Positions 52,176 to 64,000 of a stretch of 64,000 bases of DNA are shown piece by piece. Origin of the DNA: Camelus dromedarius (taxonomy: Eukaryota). The DNA lies in assembly GCF_036321535.1 (NCBI RefSeq), contig NC_087438.1:48794001-48858000 (forward strand), read 5' to 3'. The position numbers and the translations under genes were made by a program. The notes beneath the pieces are model-generated. The model was not told the DNA's origin. It saw nothing but the letters and a program-made list of their open reading frames with translations, and did not search any database. Position 1 is the stretch's first letter. Every line of letters starts with the position of its first letter.

Positions 52176-55100
52176 GCCTGTCCCACCAGCCGCTCTGTTT
52201 GCTTAGTTTTACAGATACCCGCAGAAATGTCTGCGTCTTATTTAGACTTAACCTCCCTCTTCCGCTGCCTGCCTCACCACACCTGCCTTGTAAAACTCTC
52301 CTTGCTTTTCTAACATTCGTTCATTCCATAGATTTAGTCGAAGAGTATTTACCCTGTGAGATGGTTCTCAAGCTGTAAAATGAAATTGCGTTCCAACTCC
52401 AAGCTGTGCTGAAAACGTCCTGTAACTTAAAACCGTGTAACTAGAGGCACGAGGCTTATGGAAAATTGAGGGACTTGTGACTATAATTTATCCTGTGTAT
52501 TCAGTTTTAAGAGATGATTTAAATCCAAACACTGAAATAGATTTAAAGGGTTTTATTAAAAATATTTATTTCAAAATTACACCTTCATGAACCTAGAGTA
52601 TATATCATTTTACAGTTCCAAATTGCAAAATAAACAAAGTAAAATTTGTGGATACTTACCTAGTTCTCCCAGAGGTAAGCTCTGGGAGGAACTGGAAGTT
52701 GGCAGAAGCCGGAGTGGAGAGTGGTTCTGGGGTTTGCTGGAGGCAGCTGGGTTGGGTGGGGAAAGGAATGGGCTCCCCACTCCTCTGTCTTAACTCCCCC
52801 CTCCACCCCCTTAGCCTCACTAGTGCCTTAGGATGGTTTCACTGACCTCCATCTGCCTGCAAAATATCTCCACTTGTTTGTGATGGGTGGGATGGGGTGT
52901 TGGGAGGTGGGACAGGATTCAGAGAGGGAGGAAAGAAGGCGTTCAACACAAATTCCATTTATTTAAAAAGTTTCTCAACATCCTCTTCTCCTGTAGCAGA
53001 GCTGATCACATGCTGACCCCCACTCCCCAAGCTCCTCACGTTGTCTGGAGAGTCTGATATGAGAAGGAGAGAAGGAAGGGAAGGTGGGCAGAGTTGTGCC
53101 CCTCTTTGCCAGGACACCTTGTTCCCCCTCAATCTGACTTTGACTTTAGAAGTCCCAAACTGTGACAGGAGTCTCAGTTTCACCTTTCTTCCTGCATAGC
53201 CCCTGTCCCCTGCAGAGTTCACACCCAAGGGCACCCCAGTCACACAACACCCTCAGCACAGCCTGACTTGGCACTTGCTTCCCACTCTGGGTTCTAGCCC
53301 CCCTCTTCATTTTTGGCCCCTTGGGGTTTGCTTGACTTTCTTGTTATGTTTTCCCAGCATTTCTAGGTATTTTGAAGTAGGAGGGGTTTTCAGAACACAT
53401 AGTCTGCCACATTGGCAGCAACAGAACCCCTACCAATACTTCTACACCAGTAAAATCTGGTTAACAACTGACATGAGACAAGGAAAAGAGAACCGCTTGA
53501 GTGGTCAGTGGTCCTACTCTTCAAATCAGAAGTAAGGACGGACAACTACAAGTTTTTTAGGAGTTCAAGGGATGGAGTGTTAAAAATGAGGACTGGTCCA
53601 AGAGATCCAGGAATATGGGAGGAGACAGGCATCATTGCCAGCTGGGCTCATCAGGACCCCTGGCTGAGGAAGACGTCTCCAGAGACCAGCATGAGAGTTA
53701 AACTACCCCTTCCTCCTCAGCCCTGCCTCTCTGAGTTGCCCCCAAAGAAGGCAGGGCAGGGGCAGACAAGAATTCCCACCTCCTGCCCTGGGAAAGGTCT
53801 CTGCCATGGCCTGGAGTGCCTCCAAGGACAGGCTTTGCAAAACACAATATGTGTTCAAATGTTAAGTTTTCTGCCACTCTCCCTTATAACAGGCTGGGAA
53901 AGAACTTTGAGAAATTGGCTCTTGCAGTAGGACACAGAAATAGAATGCTTGAGTCAAACATCCAGCTATTTGGTCACATTGCTTAACATAAGGTGGCAAC
54001 GAGTGTTCTTGATTGAATCACATCCGTTCCATCAGTCGCAGGTGTCTTCCTAAACAAGCAGATGGACTAACTTTGGGAAGCTTGGTGGAGGCGACGGGCA
54101 TGGTGGGTGGCTGAGGAGTGGGTGGTGAGGAAGGGGGGCCCTTGTTCACTGCTCATTGCCCACCCGACTGACATCGGAGCCGGGCTGCCTTAACCTTCAC
54201 CTTGCACACTGTCACCCAGGAAGCTCACTTGTCTCAGTGAGCTCTTCTCAAACTTCCCCCATTGGATTTTCAACTTTGTTATTAAACCAGGGCCACACTT
54301 GGCATGCTTTTTATATAAGAACCGTCTTATCTCATGCAAATGCTTCAGCTGGAGAAGAATTGCTCCTACAAAATGAATTAGCCGCGGGAGAGGGGCACTG
54401 CGGACCCTTGCCATGTCAGATAAACTTCAGTAATTGAGAACAAATCGGTATTTATCCTAGCGATGGGAAACGCTGGGCCTCAAAAGGCAGTGCACTTAGA
54501 GTTCACGTCTTCTGCTCATTCCCTTTAGGGCTACCAAAGCCTCTGAGCCACTGTGGAATCTACTTTGTATTTGAAATCCCCAGTCCTTTAGATAATTTTA
54601 AAACAGGAAGGGTTTTTTTCTCTCCTCCCACCTCTTAAACTAAGGCCCAGAAAGATCTGCTCATAGACCCAGGATCCTGTTGTTCACCTAAGGCGGAGTC
54701 TCCAAGTCCTAGAGCACTTTTCCTTCCCCTCATATCCTCAGGGCTTCCCATTAAATAGTAACAGAGGAAGCAGGCAAACGGCTGGGAAATACTGCCCCCC
54801 TCCTCAATCCCACCTCAAGTGGTAGGCGTGGCTGTGGGGCCTGCCATGGAATTTTGTTGAGTAGAGACACCAGATCAAACCCTGGGCTCTGTCTTTAAAT
54901 CTTCAGCCTAACTCATGCCATGTCGGGTGAGAAGCTTAAAGAGACAAACACTTGCTTTTGACTTTCATCATGGGGTGACGTCGCCCAGGCTGCTTGCATA
55001 GAGGGACCACCATTTTCTAGGCACATAACTTCTCCAACTCTGTTTCCTTCTCCCCTTGAAAGGATGTCATAGCAACAGGGTCTAAGCCTGCATGTTCCCA

Positions 55101-55301
55101 AAGACCTTCATGTTAAATTTCCTAGACAAACAGCCTCAAAGAGACTCTCCTATGAACCCAGGTCAAAGAAATCTAAGCCTCCTGGAAAGTACAAAATGCT
55201 GACCATATCGCTACCAGTCTTTGGGCTCATTACAATATTGGGAACTTCTCGTTCTTTATCCATCTCTGGGAAGAGGGAATTCTCAATTTTAGAGAAAGCT
55301 C

Positions 55302-55750
55302 TGTTGTCAATACCTGTCAATTTTGCCTTCCCAGCACCTGAATCCCCAAAGATATGCTGGAGGCAGGGCTTACCTCTCATCTCAAAGCAGGAGCACGTCA
55401 GACAGTTCCTCTCTCAGCAAACTGGCCCCTGGCGTGTGGAGATGGATGCAGCTGCCCTGGTCTTGGAATCTGAAGGGAGTGATACAGAGAAATACGGGAC
55501 ACTTAAAGATGAATTCTGGCAGGACCAGCGACATTAAGCTGCAGTGGCGTCCAGACCTTCCTGTGGCATGACCCCGACTGTGTATCTAGCATCTGGCCTC
55601 CCTCGGCACCTGTGTATCGCCCACGCCTAGTTCTCCATGTGGCCTTCTCATCAATTTTGCAAGCTACCCAATCTCCTTCCAGTGAATTCCTTCTCTGCCT
55701 AAGTTAGCTAGAAGTAGTTTCTACTGTTTGCAACCACAGATCCTGACTAG
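55302..55750 (+). mobile_element. Old ERVL/MaLR-class LTR
   Basis: tacctgtcaattttgccttcccagcac start, ttccttctctgcctaagttagctagaagtagtttctactgtttgcaacc...cctgacta end. Subfamily uncertain. Confidence 0.65.
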
Positions 55751-55842
55751 CCCCGCCTCCTTGAAGCTGTTTCCATGAATGGATGAGTATTTGAGGAGTG
55801 AGTGAGCTATGCTCAAGCGTCTTTATTAAAAGGGAATGAGAG

Positions 55843-55998
55843 CCTCCCCTCTCTCCCTCTTCAGAGACGGCCCGCATTCAGTCTATGGAATGTGTACCTA
55901 CTTTTCATCTGAGCACCCAGCCCCCACACCTCATGGCCTTTCTCTTGCCTTTCAATGTATTTCTCTGAATAAATCTACCTTCACTCAAAAATAAAAAA
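55843..55998 (+). pseudogene. Processed retrocopy of an ERV1 LTR transcript 3' end (U3-R plus polyA)
   Basis: Homologous to the reverse complement of 62460-62600. AATAAA at 55968-55973, A tail at 55987-55998, 12-bp TSD agggaatgagag (55831-55842 / 56003-56014), preceded by TT/AAAA. Confidence 0.85.
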
Positions 55999-58007
55999 GG
56001 CGAGGGAATGAGAGGGTGCGAGTACCACGACTGAGGCCTGAAGGGCTTTTCCTGCGCTAGCTGCTGGCAGCGGGGACAGGAAAGGAGGTCGTTTAAAGTC
56101 AGCAGGAGGTGCTCTGTCTTCTAGCACCCACGTGCCTTTGCTCCAGCTCCCATGCCCCCACTGGAAACCAGGTACTGACAGGCATCCTGTGGATTTATTT
56201 TTCCAGCTCTGCCCTCCTTCTCTCTCTGGCTCTCCTTTTAAGCCAAAAGTCAGCCCTCACAGCTGGATAAAATAAAATTGTTATATTGAGAGACCTTAAG
56301 ATTAGCATGGCTCAGTGTGTTTTAAACTGGGGACCATTTGCAGTAGAGAATGGAGGCTTTTCTCACTTTCTTTGCTGTGGCTGCTGGGGATAAAGTCTAG
56401 AGCGGTCTGCTCCAAGGGCTCCCTGAACCCAGGCCTAACCCTCCCCTCCCCTGCCCAAGCCAGCCACTCCCACACCCGCCATGTCCCCCAGTGAAAGATA
56501 ACCCCGCCCCATCAATGACACATTATCATGTGGCTTTCCATTTTTCTTAATCACCTTATTCCTTTGCTCTTCCAAAGTTGAGGATAAATTATTTAACAAG
56601 TCTCCGGGGGCTCGCTTTATGAGAACTTAAAGCCAGTGCACAGATGCTATAGGTTAGGGCAAGCCAAACGCTGTAAGTTAATCCTTCTTGTTCCACTCTG
56701 GAGAACACCCAGCTATGCACACACACGTGTGCACGCATGAGCCATCACAAACCCACACACCCTGCAACAGCACCTCCCGAACCACATGGCCCGAGCCGTA
56801 AAACCTCAAGGCTTGAACCGCCCTACTCAGGCCAATAAAAACTTAAAACCTTAACTCTGGGCCCTTACATAGCGGAGCTTGTGCTTGCAAAGTATCCCCC
56901 ACACGTCTGGCTCTGTGAGCGAGACGCTGTCATGCCTTTCAGACAAGGGAATAGGTTCTATTCAAATGTTTAAACACTTACATGCACCTCTATCTTTCTG
57001 GCACGTGCATTGAAGAAGGGAATATCAGAGATGAAAGGTAACATACGTGACATGTGTAACACACACACATCATATGTATCATTTTATAATTTATTAATTC
57101 CACCACATTTTATTTAATGTTAATTTATGGGACAGAGGTCAGCTAATGCAATATAGTTTTCAGTCTTTTGCAGAAGAAATGGGTTTGAGCACTGGCTCTG
57201 TCCTATTCTTTCAGGGTGACCTCTTTAAGCCAGAGCTGCTTCTTTACCTGTAAAATGAGGACTGAAAATGGTATCTACCTTGTATTATTGTGACAACGAA
57301 ATGAAATATCAGCTGAAGTCTTAGTACAGAGTCTGGCAAACAGAAAATGCTATTATTAGCTAGAAAAATGGTAGCCATTATTATTAATATTATTCCCACC
57401 TGAATGGATTCTATTTTGGAAATGACCAACAAAACTATATTGATGGATTAGTAATGAATTCACTCTCCCTGTCTTTCAGTTTTCAGACACATGAATATCA
57501 CCCCATTAGAACTTTTCATCTGAGAAATCAGTTGCTGTAACTCCGGTAAAAAGTAAAGACCATGCCACTTAAGCAATCTTATTGTCAAGGGGGTGATAAA
57601 CTTGAGAATGTTACATTTTAAACATTAAAATATGAAATACTTGAAAATGTTTTATAATTATTAGAACCAGCACAATGCAATTTCTCTCTTTTTCAGAAAA
57701 AGAAAGTAATATCTAGAGACGGGAACTTGCCTCAGGCCACAAAGCAGAAACAAGAACCCCTGGGCCCCCAACTATGAGGCCAATTTCAGCCTCCTTCATC
57801 CTGCATCCAACTAAGAACCTACAGCCCAATTTCAAACTACTAGTTGGTACATTTATAGGCTGTATCCTAAGTCGGGAACTGTGGTGGAAACCTACTGGGT
57901 CGTGTGTCCAGGAAGTTACCCCTATTCCACCCGCAGCCTTTTCTGGAACTTCTTCCCTGCTCCCCTCATCCCCACGCACCCCCCACCATGGCTGTTGGTC
58001 ACCATGT

Positions 58008-58370
58008 TTGTAGGATATGATTCAGCCCCCAGCCCTAGGAGAAGGCACCAGGTCTAGGTTGGACCAATAGGAATATCTCTTCTTAGAAATGTGGAATAAA
58101 GCGGGGAAGGAGTTAGACTTTTCCAGGTGGGTGGACACCATTATGGGTTATGTTGTCGATGGTGCTGTCCACAGAAGCGGAGACAGCCAGGGCATAAAAA
58201 GGGAAGAAAGTGGACTCACCAGGAGGAGCAGACAGAAGAGTCAGATTCCTTATGGCTTTTGTACCCTGGGTTCTAGTTTATTTTGAGGTCTGCTGCATGC
58301 TTACCTGTGGGTTTTTGGAAATATTGTTGAATAAATTCTTTCCTAGTTTAAGCCAACTTGAGTCATTTCT
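58008..58370 (+). mobile_element. Old MaLR LTR (MLT1J/K/L-like)
   Basis: ggtctaggttggaccaatagg, aataaattctttcctagtttaagccaacttgagtc 3' motif. Confidence 0.6.
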
Positions 58371-59519
58371 CAGCTCCCTGTACACCCATAGTGGTGACAG
58401 TGTAGGAGGTGGGAGCACTAGGGAACTCATTGGAACATCACCCCTGTGGGGAGATATTTTCTCACCATTAGTTATGGCTCTTCTCTGCTTCAAAGCTCTT
58501 TAATGCATGGCATGCCTCTGGCCGTGGTCTCTGAAGCTAGCAGGTCTACCATGGCCTGTCAGACCTCCCAGCTACTGTGCTGTTTCCTTTGCAGATGTCT
58601 AAGGATGCCTATCAAACCCCCACAAGCTTCTGATCTTTCTTTCCACTTTACCATCATTGCCTTGAAGACCCCTTGGGCTTCCGTAAAACTCGCATCTCAC
58701 CACCCGGTAGAAAACTCTTTGCTTCCATTGGGGACCTATGGCTCCAGCACTTGTGCATCTTCCTTCAGCCATCTGGGGTCAAGCACTGTTCCCCCGGAAC
58801 ACAGGATGAACGGCTGGAAGAGAGATCACAGTGGAGCAGACAACGTGCATCACGGGGCCCGCGCAACGGAGGAGTGCAAGGGAGAGCACGTGCTCGCTGC
58901 CCAGAGCCTGCAGATGGCTGCCTTGTGGGTGCTTCCTGGTTGCCCAGCCCATCCTGGTCCTCAGAACACAGGGAAAATATATGTGAACAACGACTAAGCT
59001 GGAAGGGGAAACGTGAATACGTAAATAAGTGTATGTGTCTATAAGTGTTGCGAGGAAAATATTTCAGCGAAAACTGTCATTTTAAAAAAATCAGCCCTGG
59101 GCAGCAGGTGGTGGGGATATATGGGTTTGCAGTCTAAGACACGTCTTTTGTGCAAGAGCTAAGGAAGCGTGTTAAAAGCTATGAGGAATGACTGGACTTA
59201 CTCACTCACCAAATATTTCTTGGTTGCCTACTGTGTGCTTATTTAGCAATGCACAAAATAAATACAATTCCTTGCCATGATGGGGCTTCTATCTGTAGGC
59301 ATGAAAGCCTTAATGGAAATACTAGCAATGGAAGGTAGTGGTGAAAGTGTCTGTTCGATGCCTTTTATTCCCAGATATGGTGTTGATGTGGATTTTATGC
59401 ATTATTTCATGTTCTACCAGGTGATAAGTGATAAACTCCTTAAGTGAAGGGACTGTGTTTTTTATTCATCATTACATCTCTGGTGCCTGATCCATAGTTG
59501 GTCTCAGTAAATACTTGTT

Positions 59520-59670
59520 GATTAGATAAATGAATGATCCCCTCCTCTGTACACCCTGTGAGTTTAGTATTATTACACCCATATAATAGATGGTCAATTG
59601 AGGATCAAATAGGTTAAGTAATTTGGCCCAAATCACATAGTAAGGAGAGCCAGGATTCACACCTAGAAGG
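59520..59670 (-). mobile_element. MIR SINE
   Basis: ccctgtgagtttagtattattacacccatataatagatgg ... ggttaagtaatttggcccaaatcacatagtaaggagagccaggattc. Confidence 0.75.
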
Positions 59671-60696
59671 TTTTCCATTAACTGGAATATTCCTGTTGCA
59701 TGCATCAGGGGGACCGAGTTTCCTTGGAGCTAAGGTCACTCTTTACTGCAAGCTGGTCCTGCGGGATGAACTTTCAGCCCCTGAGATACTGTTCTGTGCT
59801 AACAGGAGAACCTGATTGCCTGATAAAAGTGTTCACTTTGTCTTCCTAGTATGTCCCAGCTTTCACCAGGCCAGGCAGGGACTACCAACGAGCTCTGATT
59901 AACATTAGTGACCCAAAGCCCTATTTTTGCCCCAGTCTGCTGTCTCTTCAGCATCTCTTCCCTTAAATATAGCCAACCACCACTCCATTTACTCCACCTC
60001 CGCCGTGCATGCACAAACACTTCCTGAAATTTCCGAAGGTCACTTTAGGTAGTTCTCAAACCCATCTGTGAGTCGGTCAGCAGCCAGTGGGCCCCCCCCC
60101 CCCCCACCACCACAGCTTTTACCTTCTGCTACAGCTTTGGGCATCAACGTCTACTGAGCAAGAAGCTGTTGGGGGTTGCTCACCCATCCTGCCGTGAATG
60201 GTGCCTTTTGGGAAAGTAAGGAGCAGGGCTCTCAGTTCTCCCAAATCTTCCAGCCCTGATGGCCTTGGACCAGGGTGGCCTCTGTTGAAGAGATCGGGGG
60301 AATGACCCTACAGCCAGTTTGTCATGTGACCTGACCCTGAAGGCGCTCTTACCTGTCCTGAATCTCACAATGTCCCTCCATCACATCCACCCAAATCCTG
60401 TGAGCCCACATCCAGGCGGAGGACACCTGGGATGCAGAGACCCTCTCACATGACACGTTCAAGTGGCAGAGTAACAGGGAGACATGTGCTCTTTGTGGAA
60501 ACCCCTGGATTGTTGACCTATTAACTTAGAATAACTAAGTACATAATTTTGCTAAATGACGTACCCTCTTGGATTCTCATCCCAACAAGTCTTAGCAGTC
60601 ACTGGAATGTAAGCACAGACTCACAAGTACACACACACAAATGCCTTGTAACAGAAGAGATCAACTCAACACCATGTGTGCGTATGTGTGCACGTA

Positions 60697-60725
60697 CACA
60701 CACACTTGAGAGAGAGAGAGAGAGA
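60697..60725. repeat. Compound (CA)n/(GA)n microsatellite
   Basis: tacacacacacttgagagagagagagagaga. Confidence 0.9.
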
Positions 60726-62323
60726 CTGAGGTCGGGAAAATGTCCATGTTAAGCACATCTCCACGTGTGGTGGGCGCAGCCCACGGAACCACAGAACACC
60801 AGTGTTTTGAAAGCTCTACAAAATGGCCGAGCATCTGGGGGTCATTCATGGGACCTGGTGAGTGTTTCCTGCAGCTCAGAAATCCATGCAGTATCCTTCC
60901 TCGGAACCTCAGCTCCCCCTTGGTGACACAAAGTGATTAGACTTGAAACTCGATTGGTCCTGCTCCAGTTTTAGCCTTCTGAGATTAGCCTTCTGAGTTG
61001 GTAGGCCAGGGCCCAGAAGACTTTGGGGTAAAAGCAAACGCTTCGGGGAGGGAAATGCCAAGAGCAGGGGTTTATTAGGCGGGAGTAAGTTTATGATACA
61101 GCTCAGGACCTCGCAGCAGTCTGTCTACAAGGGTGGCACTGTAATTACAAGGTATTTTAGAGGGAACATTCCCTGCCAGGAATAATATAATTTTGGTCTT
61201 TCCTCCAAGCTTCACAAGAACTTATGGAGCCCTGCAGACTCCTAGAATGGGTTGTAAGTATCACTGCATCTTTCAGGCAATAAAAGGAGCTGTGGCCACA
61301 GAGAGTGTTGCCTTTGTGCTCCCAGCGTTACCCACCGGCCCCGTGGTCCTCTACGGGTGGTCCAGGCCTCCCTGGTGGTCTGCAGTGGACTTTCAGGAGT
61401 CTGTGGGATGGTCTCCTGGAGCAGCCATGCTTTGTCAGGAGCTTTGACTCCGCTTCTGCCCCAGAAGGGATTTATAATTTACTTACGCTTCCTCTTCTGA
61501 GATTTTTCTAGACTTTAATGCCATTCTTCTTGCTTCTCCTTGTGACATCACCCATGTCCATCCTGTGCCTCATTTTTATGGTGCTATGTTATTGAAAGTA
61601 TTGGGTGGCCTGAGTGTTTTCTGGTTCTGATAAAGGAGCCTTTTAGTCCAAAGTGTCAGCTTCTCTGCTTCACCTTGGCTTTTAGTTAACATGCTGTGCT
61701 GTGATGCTGAATTTCAGCTCCCTAACTGGGCACAGCATTGCTCAGAAATTATCTCCTCTTTGAATAACAGACAGGTGTTGTCAAGACATCGTCCAGACTG
61801 TGCCTAGTAAAAGGCCAAGAAAGGAAACCATGAAAAACACAGAAAGTGTTTGTGGGTCAAGGTTTGTTATTCAACATCAAGATTTCATGTGTGTGGAGAG
61901 ACAGGAAAAGAACAGACAATTTATTAATAAGCACATTTGTTCTCCTTTGTTATTGGCTGTTATTTCACAGCTCTTGAAAGTATACAGAGTCATATTCTCT
62001 TTTTAAGTAGTAAATGTTTGCAAAATTTTGCATTCAAATGGAAGCATCTATCTATTGGCCTAATTTTTCAGTGAAAGAACACTTAAAACACAACCACCTG
62101 AGAGCCCCAGGACCTTTTAAATTTCTTTGGTCTATTTGTTTGACAATAAAATTTCACATCTGGGCTGAGAAGCCTGGTGCCGAGTTTTAACCTAAGACAA
62201 TTTCAAATGGATGAGCTTTTTCATTCAAGCAAGAAGACCCAGGCTGCCAATGGAACTCCTTGCTAGCCCTTCTCCCGCAACTTGCTGCTGTAATGGCAGG
62301 ATAGCTCTGGTGACCGATGAAGT

Positions 62324-62942
62324 TGATACAGGAAAAAATTTGGCACCAGAGAATGGCTGTGTCCCAGGTCTCGGTTGAGTCCCTGGGATGTTCCCCATCA
62401 AGTGAGGGTCCTTGGCTTCATGCAGTAAAGAATTCAAGAGCAAGACATAGTTGAGTAAAAGTAGATTTATTCAGAGAGATGTACACTCCATCAACAAAGT
62501 ACTGGCTGTCTCAGAAGGCAGGAGAAAGGACTAGGAGACACACATTCCATAGGCAGAATGGGGGCCATCTTACTCAGACGGGAGAGCGGCAGACTCAGAG
62601 TGTGGGGTTGGCTAGGAAAAATGAGATTGGGTCTGATGTGTGGGGTTGGTTGGTTTTTATGGGGCTTGGTAACTTCATATGCTAACAAGTGGGAGGATTA
62701 TTCCAACTACTTTGGGAAGGGGTTGGGAGTCCCAGGAACTGGGCCACCACACACTTGTTGACCTTTTATGGTCAGCCTTGAAACAGTCCTGGCACCTGTG
62801 GGAGTGCCATTCAGCGTGCTATTGTATTTCAATGAGCGTATGTTGAAGCTCAAGGTCTAGCTTGAATTTTCCACCATCTTGGTACTAAATTGCAGTGTCA
62901 TTCTTTTAATGGTTGTGCTCTGTTCCCGTCCTTCCTGTCTCA
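62324..62942 (-). mobile_element. ERV1-class solo LTR (MER41-like group)
   Basis: TG(62324)...CA(62942), minus-strand AATAAA at 62466-62471, 4-bp TSD aagt/aaat (one mismatch). Confidence 0.85.
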
Positions 62943-62948
62943 AAATCA

Positions 62949-63522
62949 TGTTATCAAGCAAAAATTTGTGTGCCCAATGCACAGTGAGGCCAAACAAACC
63001 GAAACATTGAAGTTTGGAGCAAAAGCGGTTTATTGTGGGGCCAAGCAAGGAGGAAGGGTCACTGATGCTCGAAAAACCTGAATTCCTTAATAGTTTTTGA
63101 GGAAAATGTTTTATAGATAAAATCTGGGGTGGGGGGCTGCGGGGTGTGTGACTTTCTTCTGATTGGCTGGTGGTGAGGTCAGAGGGCGGTGCTCCAGGAA
63201 TCTTCTGCTCAGCCTGAAGTTACCATCCTCCTCCCAGGTGGGGGGCCTTAGTTCCTGCAGAAGAACTCAAAGATATACTGTTCTGTGTATTCCTTGAGGA
63301 GGAACCAGGACCCTGCCCCAAGGCTGCACTGTTGTTTCTCAACTGTTTCTCCTTCATTTCTGCATTCCCTCCCTTCCCTGATTAGCAACTGTTTGAATCT
63401 GCCCTTTGGAACTCAGAGAAGGTCAAGGAGGCTGAATGAAGCCTATTTCCTACAAACAAGAAACGGGGGACACAGAAGGGATTCGTATCAGGGAGGATCC
63501 CACAGGGTCCTGCTCTGTTTCA
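62949..63522 (-). mobile_element. ERV1-class solo LTR (different family)
   Basis: TG(62949)...CA(63522), minus-strand AATAAA at 63029-63034, CCAAT (ctgattggctgg on plus), 4-bp TSD atca/gtca (one mismatch). Confidence 0.87.
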
Positions 63523-63799
63523 GTCAGAGCCCTGTTCCAGACCATCTTCCCAGAGAAGACAGATGATTTTCTCATTCACTTTCCATCAGTCGGTTGTCAG
63601 GTGGGGCCCAAACATCCAGCCTCGTCCGTCCACTTTGTCATCTGCGCCAATAATTGCTCCCATTCGCCTAGACGTGAGCCTCAAGGCAACACAGTCCAGT
63701 TTATTCCAACTAGTCCTCCTTCAGGGGGCTGCTGCCCTGCTATTAATTACTTCCCGTGTCTCTTTCCCCTGCGCATCCATAGTACCTCATTCAAAACCT

Positions 63800-64000
63800 A
63801 CTGTAAAGATTCTGTCACAGATAAACCCCCAAAATGCTCACAGCCCAGATGTGATCAAGGTTTATTATTTTTTGCTTATAGCAGATTCAGTATATATTCC
63901 CAATCGGCAGTCGGCTCTGCTTCAACATGGGACACAGGGGCCCAGGGTGGCTCGGCCACCTGTCTCACATGGCCCTTCTGGAGGAACCCAGCACAAGGAG
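63800..64000 (-). mobile_element. Old MaLR LTR fragment (MLT1-type), truncated by the window end
   Basis: aaaccccaaaatgctcacagc, tttattatttttgctta, ggctctgcttcaacatg, cacatggcccttctgg. Confidence 0.5.

Noticed and set aside
56299-56312. aagattagcatggc matches part of U6 snRNA
   Set aside because: About 14 nt only, and the flanks do not continue the U6 sequence.
60603-60615. tggaatgtaag resembles the start of miR-206/miR-1, and taatactgcc near 36806 resembles miR-200b/c
   Set aside because: Only 10-11 nt matches, the rest of the mature sequence differs, and no hairpin partner arm is evident.
60971-60998. Tandem duplication ttagccttctgag x2 (similar short duplications near 17097 and 34960)
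   Set aside because: Ordinary slippage-type micro-duplications, far from CRISPR-like or other organised arrays.

Overview
Mammalian, non-coding, repeat-rich DNA, almost certainly camelid: three copies of the camelid-type tRNA-derived SINE (vic-1-like), each with target-site duplications (TSDs), and artiodactyl-type L1 3' ends. I cannot support any protein-coding gene, tRNA, rRNA or other ncRNA gene. The ORF-track entries are chance ORFs or lie inside repeats, and only 20893-21171 is recognisably protein-like (an L1 ORF2 fragment). The window holds layered L1, L2, MIR, MaLR/ERVL/ERV1 solo LTRs and MER DNA transposons, with unique stretches that may be enhancers. The most interesting signals are retrotransposition products: (1) two independent short inserts that look like polyadenylated 3' ends of ERV1-LTR transcripts retroposed by L1 (33989-34064, 55843-55998); (2) a ~355 bp mini-L1 in which the L1 5' start is fused directly to the L1 3' end (49165-49520); (3) two different ERV1 solo LTRs only 6 bp apart. 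Two N runs replace conserved L1 segments and look like masking, not true gaps. Subfamily names come from my recollection of consensus sequences, not from a search, and boundaries of old repeats are approximate.
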